Positions 1-14,318 of a DNA stretch of 46,765 nt are shown here, piece after piece. The stretch's first letter is position 1; each line of letters opens with the position of its first letter. The translations under genes were made by a program, and so were the position numbers. Below the pieces are notes generated by a model that ran no database searches, had not been told where the DNA came from, and saw only the letters and a list, made by a program, of their open reading frames with translations. Location of the stretch: NCBI GenBank assembly GCA_964016885.1, contig CAXHJY010001411.1, forward strand, positions 1 to 46,765. The letters are read 5' to 3'. Source of the DNA: Eledone cirrhosa. Its lineage: Eukaryota.

Positions 1-773
<773 letters not shown>

Positions 774-1307
774 ATCAATTCTGTCCAGAACGCAATCACC
801 TTTAGATCGTCGATGGTCAAATCTGCAATTCTTCAGTTCTTCAGCTTGTGTGGAATGCTGTGTTTAATAACCAGAGAATAATTTATGAATCGCCGAACAT
901 TCCAGGGGATTGAAGAATTTAATAATCCTTTGGCAAATATTTGTGGTATATACTCAGTTGGATATGTGGTCGAGGACTTAGTGGCATGGTTGCCGGATCA
1001 GCAGGTATTTGAAGGGTTTAACGGTGAATGGTGTGCTGTTAGTGTGGGGAGGTGAGGTTTCAGGGATGTTTGGTAGGCTGGAAGGATGTAAGGATTTTAC
1101 GAGATAAATTTGGGATTATTGCTTGAGGGGATAATGGAATGGTTAAGAATAGACACATACATATATATATATATATATATGTGTGTGTGTATGTGTCTGT
1201 GTGGGTGTGTGTATGTATACATGTATATATGTATATATATGTATGTATATATGTATATATATGTATATATATGTATATATATGTATGTGTGTGTGTGTGT
1301 ATATGAA

Positions 1308-1364
<57 letters not shown>

Positions 1365-1369
<5 letters not shown>

Positions 1370-1428
1370 GTCACCAAAAGTGTATATACATTTTGATTAT
1401 AGTGCTGCTGAAGTGTGTATATATTTTG

Positions 1429-1432
<4 letters not shown>
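1365..1432. mobile_element. Tiny Tc1/mariner-like MITE remnant
   Basis: AGGGTGTCACCAAAAGTGTATATAC...AAGTGTGTATATATTTTGGGGA is an imperfect inverted repeat within TA. A related copy lies at 35836-35904. Confidence 0.55.
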
Positions 1433-1463
<31 letters not shown>

Positions 1464-1532
1464 GAAGTTACCAATTAGACTAATGCGTGTATGTGTGTGG
1501 AGGGAGAATGATAGCGAGAAAGAGCGAGAGAG

Positions 1533-1585
<53 letters not shown>

Positions 1586-1930
1586 ACAACTACAGATAGA
1601 AGTACCATAAGACACGATAGAAACACAGTCTTCCTTATTAATTAAACGACCCTTATACATACTAACCAAAACTATATAGCTATACCTAAGTCCACCATAG
1701 TAGACATCGGTTCACTAGTACACCTGTGATGGCAGTCAAGGCGACCATGGTAGCAACAGTCAAGCGCAGTTAATCATTAATATAATATCATTTAAACACC
1801 TCTTCAATATTTTAGTCATTCTTTTCATTGCCAGACATCAATGCCATCAAATACATTGTTTATGATTCCATTCTCGGTTCTTTCTTGTTATTTATTTGTT
1901 TAGGTTTATAGTAGGCATTCTTTTCATCGA

Positions 1931-2004
<74 letters not shown>
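1931..2004. repeat. (CAT)n microsatellite
   Basis: About 24 tandem CAT units. Confidence 0.97.
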
Positions 2005-2117
2005 GTGTAGTCGTCTGAGTCATCAACATCACCATCATCATCATAGACGCCTTAATCTTCAGTGTGTGTATATATATGCATATGTACGAATATATATATA
2101 TATATATATGTATATGC

Positions 2118-2255
<138 letters not shown>

Positions 2256-2284
2256 ATATATACATAAATATATATATGTATATA

Positions 2285-2361
<77 letters not shown>

Positions 2362-2390
2362 GTATATATATGTATATATATACATATATA

Positions 2391-2516
<126 letters not shown>

Positions 2517-2544
2517 AATATGTATATATATACATATATATATT

Positions 2545-2586
<42 letters not shown>

Positions 2587-2598
2587 TACATATATATA

Positions 2599-2665
<67 letters not shown>

Positions 2666-2695
2666 GTACATATATATATTTATGTATATATATAT

Positions 2696-2820
<125 letters not shown>

Positions 2821-2872
2821 TATATATATACATATACATATATATATAGACACACATATATATATCTATATA

Positions 2873-2946
<74 letters not shown>

Positions 2947-3036
2947 TATACATATATATATACACATATATATATATATAAACACACACATATATTAGTA
3001 TCTGGTATATCGATATATAGTACACACATAGACATC

Positions 3037-3173
<137 letters not shown>

Positions 3174-3187
3174 ATATATATATATAT

Positions 3188-3241
<54 letters not shown>

Positions 3242-3471
3242 TGATCAGTACATCAGTACATTTGTACGGAGAGGTACGCTCACAGATAGATGCTAATATA
3301 CAAACACATAAACACACACACACATTAACACACACACGCACACACATAGACACACACACATAGACACACACACACACACACACACACACATCGTCTATTT
3401 TTTAATTGGTTAATCTACGATCCAATATAAGAAGAGATTACCTCTCTTTCAACTTCATTCTGTATGTCTAG

Positions 3472-3525
<54 letters not shown>

Positions 3526-3608
3526 GTGTCTGTCTGTATGTCAGTATATGTATGTATCTCTCTCTCTATATATATATATATATATGTCTGTGTCTGTATA
3601 TGTATGTA

Positions 3609-3657
<49 letters not shown>

Positions 3658-3686
3658 GTGTGTCTGTGTGTCTGTATAAGTATGTA

Positions 3687-3723
<37 letters not shown>

Positions 3724-3755
3724 GTGTGAGAGATAGATACATATACAGACACACA

Positions 3756-3808
<53 letters not shown>

Positions 3809-3853
3809 ATATGTGTGTGACTGTGTGTCTGTATATATATGTATCTCTCTCTC

Positions 3854-3910
<57 letters not shown>

Positions 3911-3935
3911 GTCTGTGTGTCTGTATATGTATCTA

Positions 3936-3988
<53 letters not shown>

Positions 3989-4369
3989 GTGTGTCTGTGT
4001 GTCCCTCTCTGATTACCATTGGTGCTTAATATATTTTTATAGGTCTCATGAATCTCGTTCGATATTGAAATAAAATCAGTTTGAGAGAGATATTATAGAT
4101 TTAAGAGATTGAGATTTCTCTTAATAGATCGATCATAGTCTATATAATAGTAGCTTAGTAGCACGTCGTTAAAATACAATTTCTTTATGATTGACTAATA
4201 CAGACGGACACTAGTATACGACTAAATCGTTGGAGATTTTAAAGCCAGTCTGTTTTAAGGACAGAAAACCGACATTTTGTTCGCCATTACTGTATCACTG
4301 TATCACTGTATCACGTGAGACTCCTTCTTCGACTTGGAATATATATATATATATATATATTTATGTATA

Positions 4370-4464
<95 letters not shown>

Positions 4465-4491
4465 ACATATATATATATATATTTATGTATA

Positions 4492-4552
<61 letters not shown>

Positions 4553-4591
4553 ACATATATATATAAATATTTATGTATATATATGTATGTA

Positions 4592-4638
<47 letters not shown>

Positions 4639-4667
4639 TTATGTATATATATGTATGTATATATATA

Positions 4668-4706
<39 letters not shown>

Positions 4707-4711
4707 GTATA

Positions 4712-4784
<73 letters not shown>

Positions 4785-4788
<4 letters not shown>

Positions 4789-4975
4789 ATAATAATAAAT
4801 TTGAAGACTAAAATCCAAAGAGGGCTCGATAAGGATAAATATATATCAAATATATAAGAACCGTAGAGCAAATATTTATTAAAATAACAGATTAAAGTTT
4901 AAGCAAAGGATCGCTGCTTTCACCCTTAACGGGATCTTCTGAAACTAACAAAGTCAATCTGTAAACGCAGAAGTG
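4785..4975. mobile_element. Interspersed repeat family C in (TA)n (possibly PLE-derived)
   Basis: 4785-4833 is repeated directly at 5606-5655. 4872-4975 recurs inverted at 24978-25065 and in part at 34434-34473 and 5665-5706. Confidence 0.65.
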
Positions 4976-5513
4976 GATATTTCAAAAAACGTTGCAACCG
5001 GAGGAAGACAGGAAGACGGTACTTTGGTTCGTGGAAACGTTCGTTGGCAAAGAACGGGAAAAAACGAATATAATACGTCATTAATAGGAGCGGTGGAAGG
5101 TACTCAATACATTAGTAGTGTAAACATCAAGTTTAATTTAATATAGAAATGGCTTCTATGGGACTAGAACTGTTTCATACGGGCTTTCCTGATGATTTTT
5201 CTCGAATAAAACAGTTCCAGTCCTGTAGAAGCGAATTCTATATTAAATATATATATATATGTAAATCAGGAAAGAAGATTGACATGGTTTGCTATACAAA
5301 AAAGGTTTTTAATCTCATTGCTGACAATTGTTTCTCTGAACTGGTAGGTCTAGAGATCGCTATTCGCTTGTTTTCACGTTACTCGATCGCCAATACAAAA
5401 GAAAACGCCTTGTTGAGTCAAACCAAGCCAAGCGTTGACATCATCCACTACCCGGAATACCATAACTGGACTACACCTAAGTGGACTGCATATAACTATT
5501 ATTTGTTACCCCG

Positions 5514-5609
<96 letters not shown>

Positions 5610-5775
5610 ATAATAATAAAATTGAAGACTAAAATCCAAAGAGGGCTCGATAAGGAAAATATATATCTGTTATTTTAATAAATATATATCTGTTATTTTA
5701 ATAAATATATATATATGTATATATGTATATATATATATATATGTATATATGTATATATATATATATGTATATATA

Positions 5776-5857
5776 AATCAAAGAAGGTGTAGTAAGATAC
5801 CAGGTGGACGTTAACACACCAGAGTACTCGGTACTTACGGTATTAGAGTGGGTAATA
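5776..5857 (-). mobile_element. Family B repeat, diverged fragment
   Basis: CCAGGTGGAC...GTACTC...TAGAGTGGGTAATA matches the reverse complement of 17838-17975. Confidence 0.7.
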
Positions 5858-5926
5858 TACATATATATACATATATATATATATATACATATTTCGTTTC
5901 TGAATTTATATATATATGTATATATA

Positions 5927-6126
5927 TAAAAGGTACAATCAGTACAGTATATGGAAGGTATATATTAAGTTAACGCGTGATATAGCAGGAAGAGGGTCTT
6001 AACGTTTCGGACGGGAGTCCTTCATCAGAAGAAAGAATGAGAACTAAGATAGATTGAGGGGACGGGTGGGTTGGAATTGGAAAAAATGTCTTTAGATAAA
6101 AATAACATGCCCATACATGTTGACAT
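5927..6126 (-). mobile_element. Family A repeat (PLE pLTR-like, hammerhead-bearing)
   Basis: Homologous to 14318-14540 (+), 31653-31860 (-) and 41223-41307 (-, fragment); all abut microsatellites. Confidence 0.8.
5997..6032 (-). ncRNA. Minimal type I hammerhead ribozyme motif
   Basis: Minus strand reads UCUU-CUGAUGA-A-GGAC(UCCC)GUCC-GAA-ACGU-U-AAGA: intact core, 4-bp stems I and II, loopless palindromic ACGU stem III. Confidence 0.75.
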
Positions 6127-6130
6127 ATAT

Positions 6131-6236
6131 AATTGTTTCTACTTTAGGCACAAGGCCAACACATACCCAGTTCATTACTGGTACTTTATTTTATCGACCC
6201 CGTAGGGATGAAAGGCAAAGTCAACCTCGGCGGGGA
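6131..6236 (-). mobile_element. tRNA-derived SINE, 5'-truncated, with 17-bp TSD
   Basis: Matches 19511-19696; ATGTTGACATATATAAT occurs at 6117-6133 and 6238-6254. Confidence 0.9.
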
Positions 6237-6494
6237 TATGTTGACATATATAATGTGTGTCGCATATAAACCATGCGATATGACAATTGAAAGCTGATGA
6301 CGTTTTATAAGAAGGTGACGCGGCGTCTTATAGGCCAGCCAGTATGGTATATCTAAATTTAAGTTTCAAAATATTGAAATCATTTCTGCTGACGTAAACA
6401 ATATCGGATTGTTTTACATTGTCTCCGGTTTTTTAATCAAGATAATGTTGCCTAATTAATTAGACTCAGGGGTATCACTAGACAGGAAACAATA

Positions 6495-6527
<33 letters not shown>

Positions 6528-6648
6528 GAGTATATGTGTGTGTATGTATATGTGTGTATATGTGAGTGTTCGTATATGTGTGTGTACGTATATGTGTGTG
6601 TATATATATATTTATATATATGTATGTATGTGTGTGTTTGTATATGTA

Positions 6649-6700
<52 letters not shown>

Positions 6701-6885
6701 CATGTGTGTGTGTGTATGTGTGCATATATATATATGAATATATATATACATATAGATAGATATACATATATATATCAACATGTGTATACGTATATGTATT
6801 TATATATACATATATATATATACATATGTATACATATATATATATATGTGTATATATATATATATATATATAAATATATATATAT

Positions 6886-7002
6886 AACGAAGGAAATGTG
6901 GTAAGGAACCAGGTGGACCATAACGCACCAAAGTACTCATACTTAGGGTATTAGAGTGGGTAATAGGAACGAGTAGGACCCCGAGGTCCTACTCGTTCCT
7001 AT
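6886..7002 (-). mobile_element. Family B repeat, truncated, ending in an 18-bp fold-back hairpin
   Basis: Reverse complement of about 17875-17975; 6963-6980 pairs perfectly with 6985-7002. Confidence 0.8.
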
Positions 7003-7202
7003 ATATATATATATGTGTGTGTATGAGTGTAATATATACTCAGGTTAGAAGATTACAAGATTACTTCCTTATTAAATTATGTTCTTTGTGTTACAGACTG
7101 ACATCTTTTATGTCTGTCCATTTGTTTTACTCTGTATTAATTCTCTTCTCTCAGCCTCTGGTTGTTCCTTTTTGTCTTACGTCCAGTCACTATTCTGTCC
7201 TG

Positions 7203-7255
<53 letters not shown>

Positions 7256-7494
7256 GTATATATATACATGTGTAGGTGTGTGTCATTTTCTCTCTCTTTC
7301 TTTCTATCTCTTTCTATCTCTCTCTATCTCTCTCCTTTCTCCTCTCTCTCTGCTCTCTCTCTCTCTCACTCTCTCTCTCTCTCTCTCTCTGTATTGTTTA
7401 TACAAACATCCTGACATTTTATAATATTATTAGATTCAATTCTCCGTCTCTGTATTTCTCTTGTGGCTTTGTTTCTGATGATACAATTATGTGG

Positions 7495-7678
<184 letters not shown>

Positions 7679-7869
7679 TCATTACAACAGAGGTCCGGTG
7701 ATATTCAGATTCCAGAGTCGAGCTAAATCGATACAGATCGAACCTTGAGCTGATCAATAGCGAAATGCGCGTCACTACTCAATAAAATGAAGACATTACA
7801 AATAGCCCTTATATTATATATATATATATATACATATATATAGATATATATATATAGGTATATATATAT

Positions 7870-7944
<75 letters not shown>

Positions 7945-8048
7945 TACATATATATATTTATAGGTATATATATATATATAATACATTATAAAAAAAGAAG
8001 AAACATTATATATAAATAAAAAGATATAATATACCTAAATTTCCTCAC

Positions 8049-8144
8049 TATCCTCGACTACGTAGTTTCGTGGCTATTATGCAAAAACATTACATCATAG
8101 AGATGTAGTATTTTTGTGAGGTTTGCCGACTTATCAAGAGCATA
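8049..8144 (-). ncRNA. Type I hammerhead motif, U3:A8 variant (mirror copy)
   Basis: Reverse complement of 8341-8436 with the same TTGATAA core and one mismatch in stem I. Confidence 0.62.
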
Positions 8145-8340
8145 TCTCAATTAGACTTTCAAAACACGTCCGTAGGACGCGAGATATTATATCTCTTTAT
8201 TTATATCTAATGTTTCTTCTTTCTTTATAATGTATTATATAGCTCTGTGTTTGACCGCTGTATCACGTGATAAGTTCCCCCTCCGCCTTTCGGGATTCTT
8301 TCTCGCGTCCTACGGACGTGCTTTGAAACTCTATATGAGA

Positions 8341-8436
8341 TATCCTCTTGATAAGTCGGCAAACCTCACAAAATTACTACATCTCTATGATGTAATGTTT
8401 TTGCATAGTAGCCACGAAACTACGTAGTCGAGGATA
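8341..8436 (+). ncRNA. Type I hammerhead motif, U3:A8 variant
   Basis: UAUCCUC-UUGAUAA-GU(C)GGC...GCCAC-GAA-ACUACGUAGU-C-GAGGAUA: 7-bp stem I, palindromic stem III, GUC cleavage triplet at 8427-8429. Confidence 0.7.
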
Positions 8437-8658
8437 ATGAAGGAATTTAGGTATATTATATCTTTTTATTTATATCTAATGTTTCTTCTTTCTTTATAAT
8501 GTATTATATAGCTCTGATATTGAATCAATCTAATCCATTCAGATTATTTTGTCCCTATTATTAATAGAGCAACAAACGGTTAAGGTTGGCACCACACAAA
8601 TTCAGGGATATATGTGGGTATATGCACGTATTCGCATGTGTCTCTGTATTTCTTTGTT

Positions 8659-8689
<31 letters not shown>

Positions 8690-8784
8690 GCCTCTTTTGA
8701 AACTCTGTGACACACTTAATTAATTCTTTAATGTTCGTTATTGAAAATGAATTAATTTGGTAGAAGCAGAAAAACCACCATTAA

Positions 8785-8888
8785 ATCACCATCATCATCA
8801 TAATAATTACCGTCATAAACATCATCATCACCATCATAATCACCATTATCATAATCTTCATCATTTCCATCATCATCATCCTCACCAT

Positions 8889-8945
<57 letters not shown>

Positions 8946-8960
8946 AACTACTACTACTAC

Positions 8961-9055
<95 letters not shown>
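8785..9055. repeat. Compound trinucleotide repeat (CAT)n-(TAC)n-(GTA)n
   Basis: Read directly; the (TAC)n tract switches to its reverse complement at about 8961. Confidence 0.95.
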
Positions 9056-9128
9056 AGATGTCGTACACAATATGAACATGGCATCTATTTGCATCGGAAC
9101 GTCACACACATTTATATGTGTGTGTGTT

Positions 9129-9260
<132 letters not shown>

Positions 9261-9476
9261 GTGTGTGTGTGTGGTTGAAAGAGTGCACATAAATCTATGT
9301 GTGTATGCCTGAAACATTGTATGTCTATATATATACATATATATGTGTGTATATATGTATATATATATATGTGTGTGTGTTTGTGTGTGTATATATATAT
9401 ACATATATAGGTGTGTATATATGTACATATGTGTATGTGTTTCTAGATAAATATATATATATATGATGTGTGTGTG

Positions 9477-9523
<47 letters not shown>

Positions 9524-10499
9524 GTTTATATATATACATATATATATATATGTATGTATGTATGTATAATTTATTTGCCTTGTGCTGTGTATTTGAATAG
9601 AATTGATTGTGAACAATAAACCATACATGCTTCAGTGATTAGTTTCATTTAAATATCGATTATTTTTGTTTATTTATCATATCCGCCATTTTGTTTCTTT
9701 ATTTTTAGTTTACTTATTTTATCCGCCATTTTGTTTCTTTATTTTTCCTTTATTTTCTTATATTACAGTCTGTTGCATTGGCAGGAAATTTGTTGCCATT
9801 AATTTTCGCTTCCTTCTTTGTCTAATTCTGTCTTCTCTCTTCCCCTTTATTTCTTCTCTTCCTTGTCTTTCTAAGATTCTGAACTGAAGCAAAAATATCT
9901 TTCTCCCTATATAATGAGATCCGTTTTGAAATGGCGACCATGCTTTGGTCTGCAGCTGTAGGAGTTGTTTTAATGTTTACTATATTTTTTGCTATATTTT
10001 TTTTTCCTTTTTAAATCACTTTGATAAAGAAAAAAAATGAATAGTTTTATTTGTTCAAATCTTTCTATACTTGTTTTCTTCTACATTTATCTGGTGAGTT
10101 TTTTTTTTTCTGAAATAATTTTACATATGTTTTTATATAATTTGCTCATTTAGTTTCCTTTTGGGTTAGTGTTTCGTATTTTGGGGGTTTTGTTGTTGAT
10201 TTCTTATTTATATTTTGTTTTGTTATTCCGTCGTATGTATATTTATTTTTTAATTTAATTTATTTTATTTTATTTCATCTCATTAACATTTTTTTAACGA
10301 ATAGTTTGATATAATCTTTATTATCTAACGATGTTTTTGTGTATCTAAAATAGTTCGGTGGACTTAGATATTTTGAACGGTTGGGCAGTTGATGTGATAA
10401 TCACTAGATATCGCATTCGATTCTTCAACAACGCACATCTTAGGCAAGTGACTCTAATCAGAGCGTTGGCTTCATTTAAATGTTTTCAATGCAATCGTG

Positions 10500-11146
10500 T
10501 TGGCAAAGACTGGGCAACACCGTTACCACTCTGCCACAAACCTCCACAGAATCCAACTCACAACCTACTTCAGCGATCAAACCTATGACATTATGATTAT
10601 AAGCACAAAACCCTTACCACTAGGCCACAGAACACATCAGACAGCCCATTCCAGGAATCGAATACACGACGTTATGATTGGAAGTCCAACTCCCTTACCA
10701 CTGGAACAAGGTGAAATGAAGTGCCTTGCTCAAGAACACAACACATAACCAAGTCGATTAATCGAACCTAGGACATTACGATCGAAAGCCCAACACCCTT
10801 ACCATTAGGCCACGCATCTCCACAGAACACAATACAGACAATTCTAGGAATTGAACACAGAACTTTCCAATGGCAAAACAAACACCTTTACCACTAGGCC
10901 ATGTAGCTCCACACAACACAACACACAGCTCAGTCGAGGGATCAAGCCCAGGACATTACAATGGTAAAACCAACACCTTACCGCCAGGACATGTAGCCCT
11001 ACAGAACACAACCATAGAACCGAGCCCAGAACACTACAAATGTAAAACCAACACCACCACACTTACCACTAGGCCATGTAGTTCTACAGAACACTACAAA
11101 TGTAAACCCAACACCACCACACTTACCACTTGGCCATGTAGTTCCA
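10500..11146 (-). repeat. Tandem array of degenerate tRNA-like SINE heads (about 60-100 bp period), one with SINE body
   Basis: About 8 recurrences of CC(A/G)CTAGGCCA-like motifs (reverse complement of A box TGGCCTAGTGG). 10700-10820 has an A box, a GGTTCGA B box and a TTGTGTTCTTGAGCAAGGCACTT body. Confidence 0.75.
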
Positions 11147-11470
11147 TTTAAATAAATACCAAGTTAACAATTATTAGCAATAAAACCAGTTCTCTCTGGT
11201 TCCACACTGAAGCAACAACACTTAACTCAAACGTTGGTTTTCCTTTCATTTGACTAACGTATAATTACAACCTATAGTTGTTATTACGCATGCGTAAGTG
11301 CAGTGGAGAGATGCTCCACTGAAAAGCTAAGCAAACAGTAGCTACAGTAATACAGCATATGTAATGGGTGGTTATATATGTGTGTGTATATATGTGGATA
11401 TATATGTGTGGATATATATATGTGTGTATATATATGTGTGTATATATATATGTGTGTATATATATATTTG

Positions 11471-11560
<90 letters not shown>

Positions 11561-12189
11561 TATGTATTCGTTCCATTATTATATATATATATATGTGTGT
11601 GTGTGTGTATATATATAATGTGTGTGTGTATATATATATATATATAATGTAATGTGTGTTTATATATTTCTAATATGTATGTAATGTGTGTATATATATG
11701 TATGTGTGTGTGTAATGTGTGTATATATATATATATATGTGTGCGTGTGTATGTGTAATGTGTGCTTATGTTAATATGTATGAGTGTATATATGTAATGC
11801 GTATAAATAAGTATATGTATGTGTGCATATATATATATGTGTGAGTGTATGTATGTATATATGTATGTGTGTACATTTATAGGTAGATACGTATGTGTAT
11901 ATGCATATATGTATGTATTTAGTATGAATGTATATTTGTATATAAGTATATAAGTATTTATATATTTTTAAATATAGGTGTATAGATAGATAGATAAACA
12001 AATAAATATATATATAAACTGATTGATTAAGAGAGTGTGGGTGGGGGGATGATTATTGATCTCATAACAAAGAGATGACATAATGCCGTGGGTGTATCTA
12101 TATAAGGGGTCAGCCTCTCCAAAATGTAATGTGTATATAAACTATAAACACATAGATATGTATATATATATGTATATGTATATATATAG

Positions 12190-12270
<81 letters not shown>

Positions 12271-12359
12271 ATCTGTGTCTATAGGTATGTATATATGTAG
12301 GTATATATGTGTATATATGTATGCATGTATGTATGTACGTATGTTTGTATATATGTGTG

Positions 12360-12403
<44 letters not shown>

Positions 12404-12579
12404 AATATATATATATATATTAATACATATATATATACATATATATCTAAATATACATACAAACATACATACAGATGCATAATATATATACATATATATA
12501 TATACATATATACTACATATATATACACATATATATACATATATACTACATATATATACACATACACATACGTATATAC

Positions 12580-12611
<32 letters not shown>

Positions 12612-12626
12612 ATAGATATATACATT

Positions 12627-12686
<60 letters not shown>

Positions 12687-12717
12687 ATATATATATACAT
12701 ACATAGATATATACATT

Positions 12718-12792
<75 letters not shown>

Positions 12793-13346
12793 GAGAGAGA
12801 GGGGGGGGGGTTATATCCTACATACCGCTTATAGAATTATCTTTACTGTGATCAGAACAATTCTACTTTTATTACGTTGCTTTGCAGTAACGTAATTATA
12901 CCCTAGTGTGTGTAGAAATGTGTGTATATAGATAGATAGATATATAGATATATATGGGTGTATATATATAGATATATGTGTGTATATATGTATATATATG
13001 TATATATATCTATGTATATATGTATATATATGCGTGTATGTATATATGTGTATATATATGTGTGTGCGTATATTTATGTATATATATATATGTGTGTGTA
13101 TATATATAGATATATGTGTGTGCGTATATTTATGTATATATATATGTGTGTGTATATATATAGATATATGTGTGTGCGTATATTTATGTATATATATATG
13201 TGTGTGTATATATATAGATATATGTGTGTGTATATATGTATATATATGTATATATATCTATGTATATATGTATATATATGCGTGTGTGTGTATGTATGTA
13301 TATATGTGTATATATATGTGTGTGTGCGTATATTTATGTATATATA

Positions 13347-13377
<31 letters not shown>

Positions 13378-13545
13378 GTATATATATATATGTGTATGCG
13401 TATGTATATCTATATATTTGTATGTGTACATATATATACATATATATATATGTGTGTATGTGTGTATATCTACGCATATATATATATATGGGGAAGGAGT
13501 ACATTATATGTATGTATGTACATATATACATAGTTACGCCATAGG

Positions 13546-13713
13546 GTTACGTTCCTTTGCGTTCTGATTTCAAATCCCGCCTAAATTAGGTTTGCCTTTC
13601 ATCCTTACTGAGGTCGATAAATAAAGTACCAGTAATGCGCTGCAGTCGATTTAATAGACTGTCCCCTCCCCCCAAATGTCTGGCCGTGTGACTATAATAG
13701 TAATCATTATTAT
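13546..13713 (+). mobile_element. tRNA-derived SINE, diverged long-form subfamily
   Basis: TTCAAATCCCGCC...GCCTTTCATCC...GGTCGATAAATAAAGTACCAGT, with an extra GTCGATTTAATAGACTGTCCCCTCCCCC segment and an ATT tail. Confidence 0.85.
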
Positions 13714-13723
13714 AGTTATGTAC

Positions 13724-13797
13724 GGGGTCGATAAAATAAAGTACCAGTAATACACTGGGTAATTGATGGCCTTGTGCTAAAAGTAGAAACAATTATT
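13724..13797 (+). mobile_element. SINE 3' fragment inserted into the tail of an older SINE, 18-bp TSD
   Basis: ATTATTATAGT(T/C)ATGTAC occurs at 13706-13723 and 13792-13809. Confidence 0.85.
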
Positions 13798-14270
13798 ATA
13801 GTCATGTACGTTCAGACGTCTATATTTTTTAATATTCGGCTACAAACCCGGGTACTGTGGTCCACTCTGCAGAGGAAAGGACGATAAACAAATACTGGGG
13901 ATTGTCCAGCGGCTTCCTCTTGGCAACCCCGTACTGGTCACCGTCTAGACCTCAGGCGTACTTGGAACCCGTGCTGTCGAGCTCCTCGGCAAAACAGGAA
14001 GGACAGCGGTCCATCTAAGGAAGGATTCCGCGAGGTTGGGTGGTTGTTGCAGTGGGTGTCGCTGGCCATTTTCTGCGGGAGCAGAGATGAGGGAGAAAAT
14101 TAACCAGTACCAGGATCTAACATGGGAACTGGAAAATATTTAGGACTGTCATGAGATTAAGGTTGTCCCCATCGACACACGACACAGGGTCACTTGGTAC
14201 TGTCTCAAAGAGTTTCCAAGTTTATGTTGTATTGCACCTGAGCACTGTATAATAATTTCATTATATACAT

Positions 14271-14317
<47 letters not shown>

Positions 14318-14318
<1 letters not shown>

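Larger units (their letters stand above)
7981..8516. mobile_element. Inverted pair of hammerhead-bearing repeats (PLE pLTR-like, family D)
   Basis: 7981-8184 is a slightly diverged reverse complement of 8301-8504; spacer segment 8185-8246 is a direct copy of 8454-8516. Confidence 0.85.

Noticed and set aside
1745-1781. RFX-like CCATGGTAGCAAC and HNF1-like GTTAATCATTAA words
   Set aside because: Isolated short motifs with no supporting context
5149-5574. 141-aa ORF with non-repetitive N-terminus (MASMGLELF...)
   Set aside because: No recognisable motif, crosses TA runs, ends in a microsatellite and has no clear splice context
7691-7790. Possible terminal exon (CAG acceptor, stop codon, AATAAA)
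   Set aside because: No polypyrimidine tract or recognisable peptide; such signals are expected by chance
13815-14230. GC-richer island, perhaps a LINE UTR remnant
   Set aside because: Single copy in the window with no diagnostic motif; needs a repeat-library search
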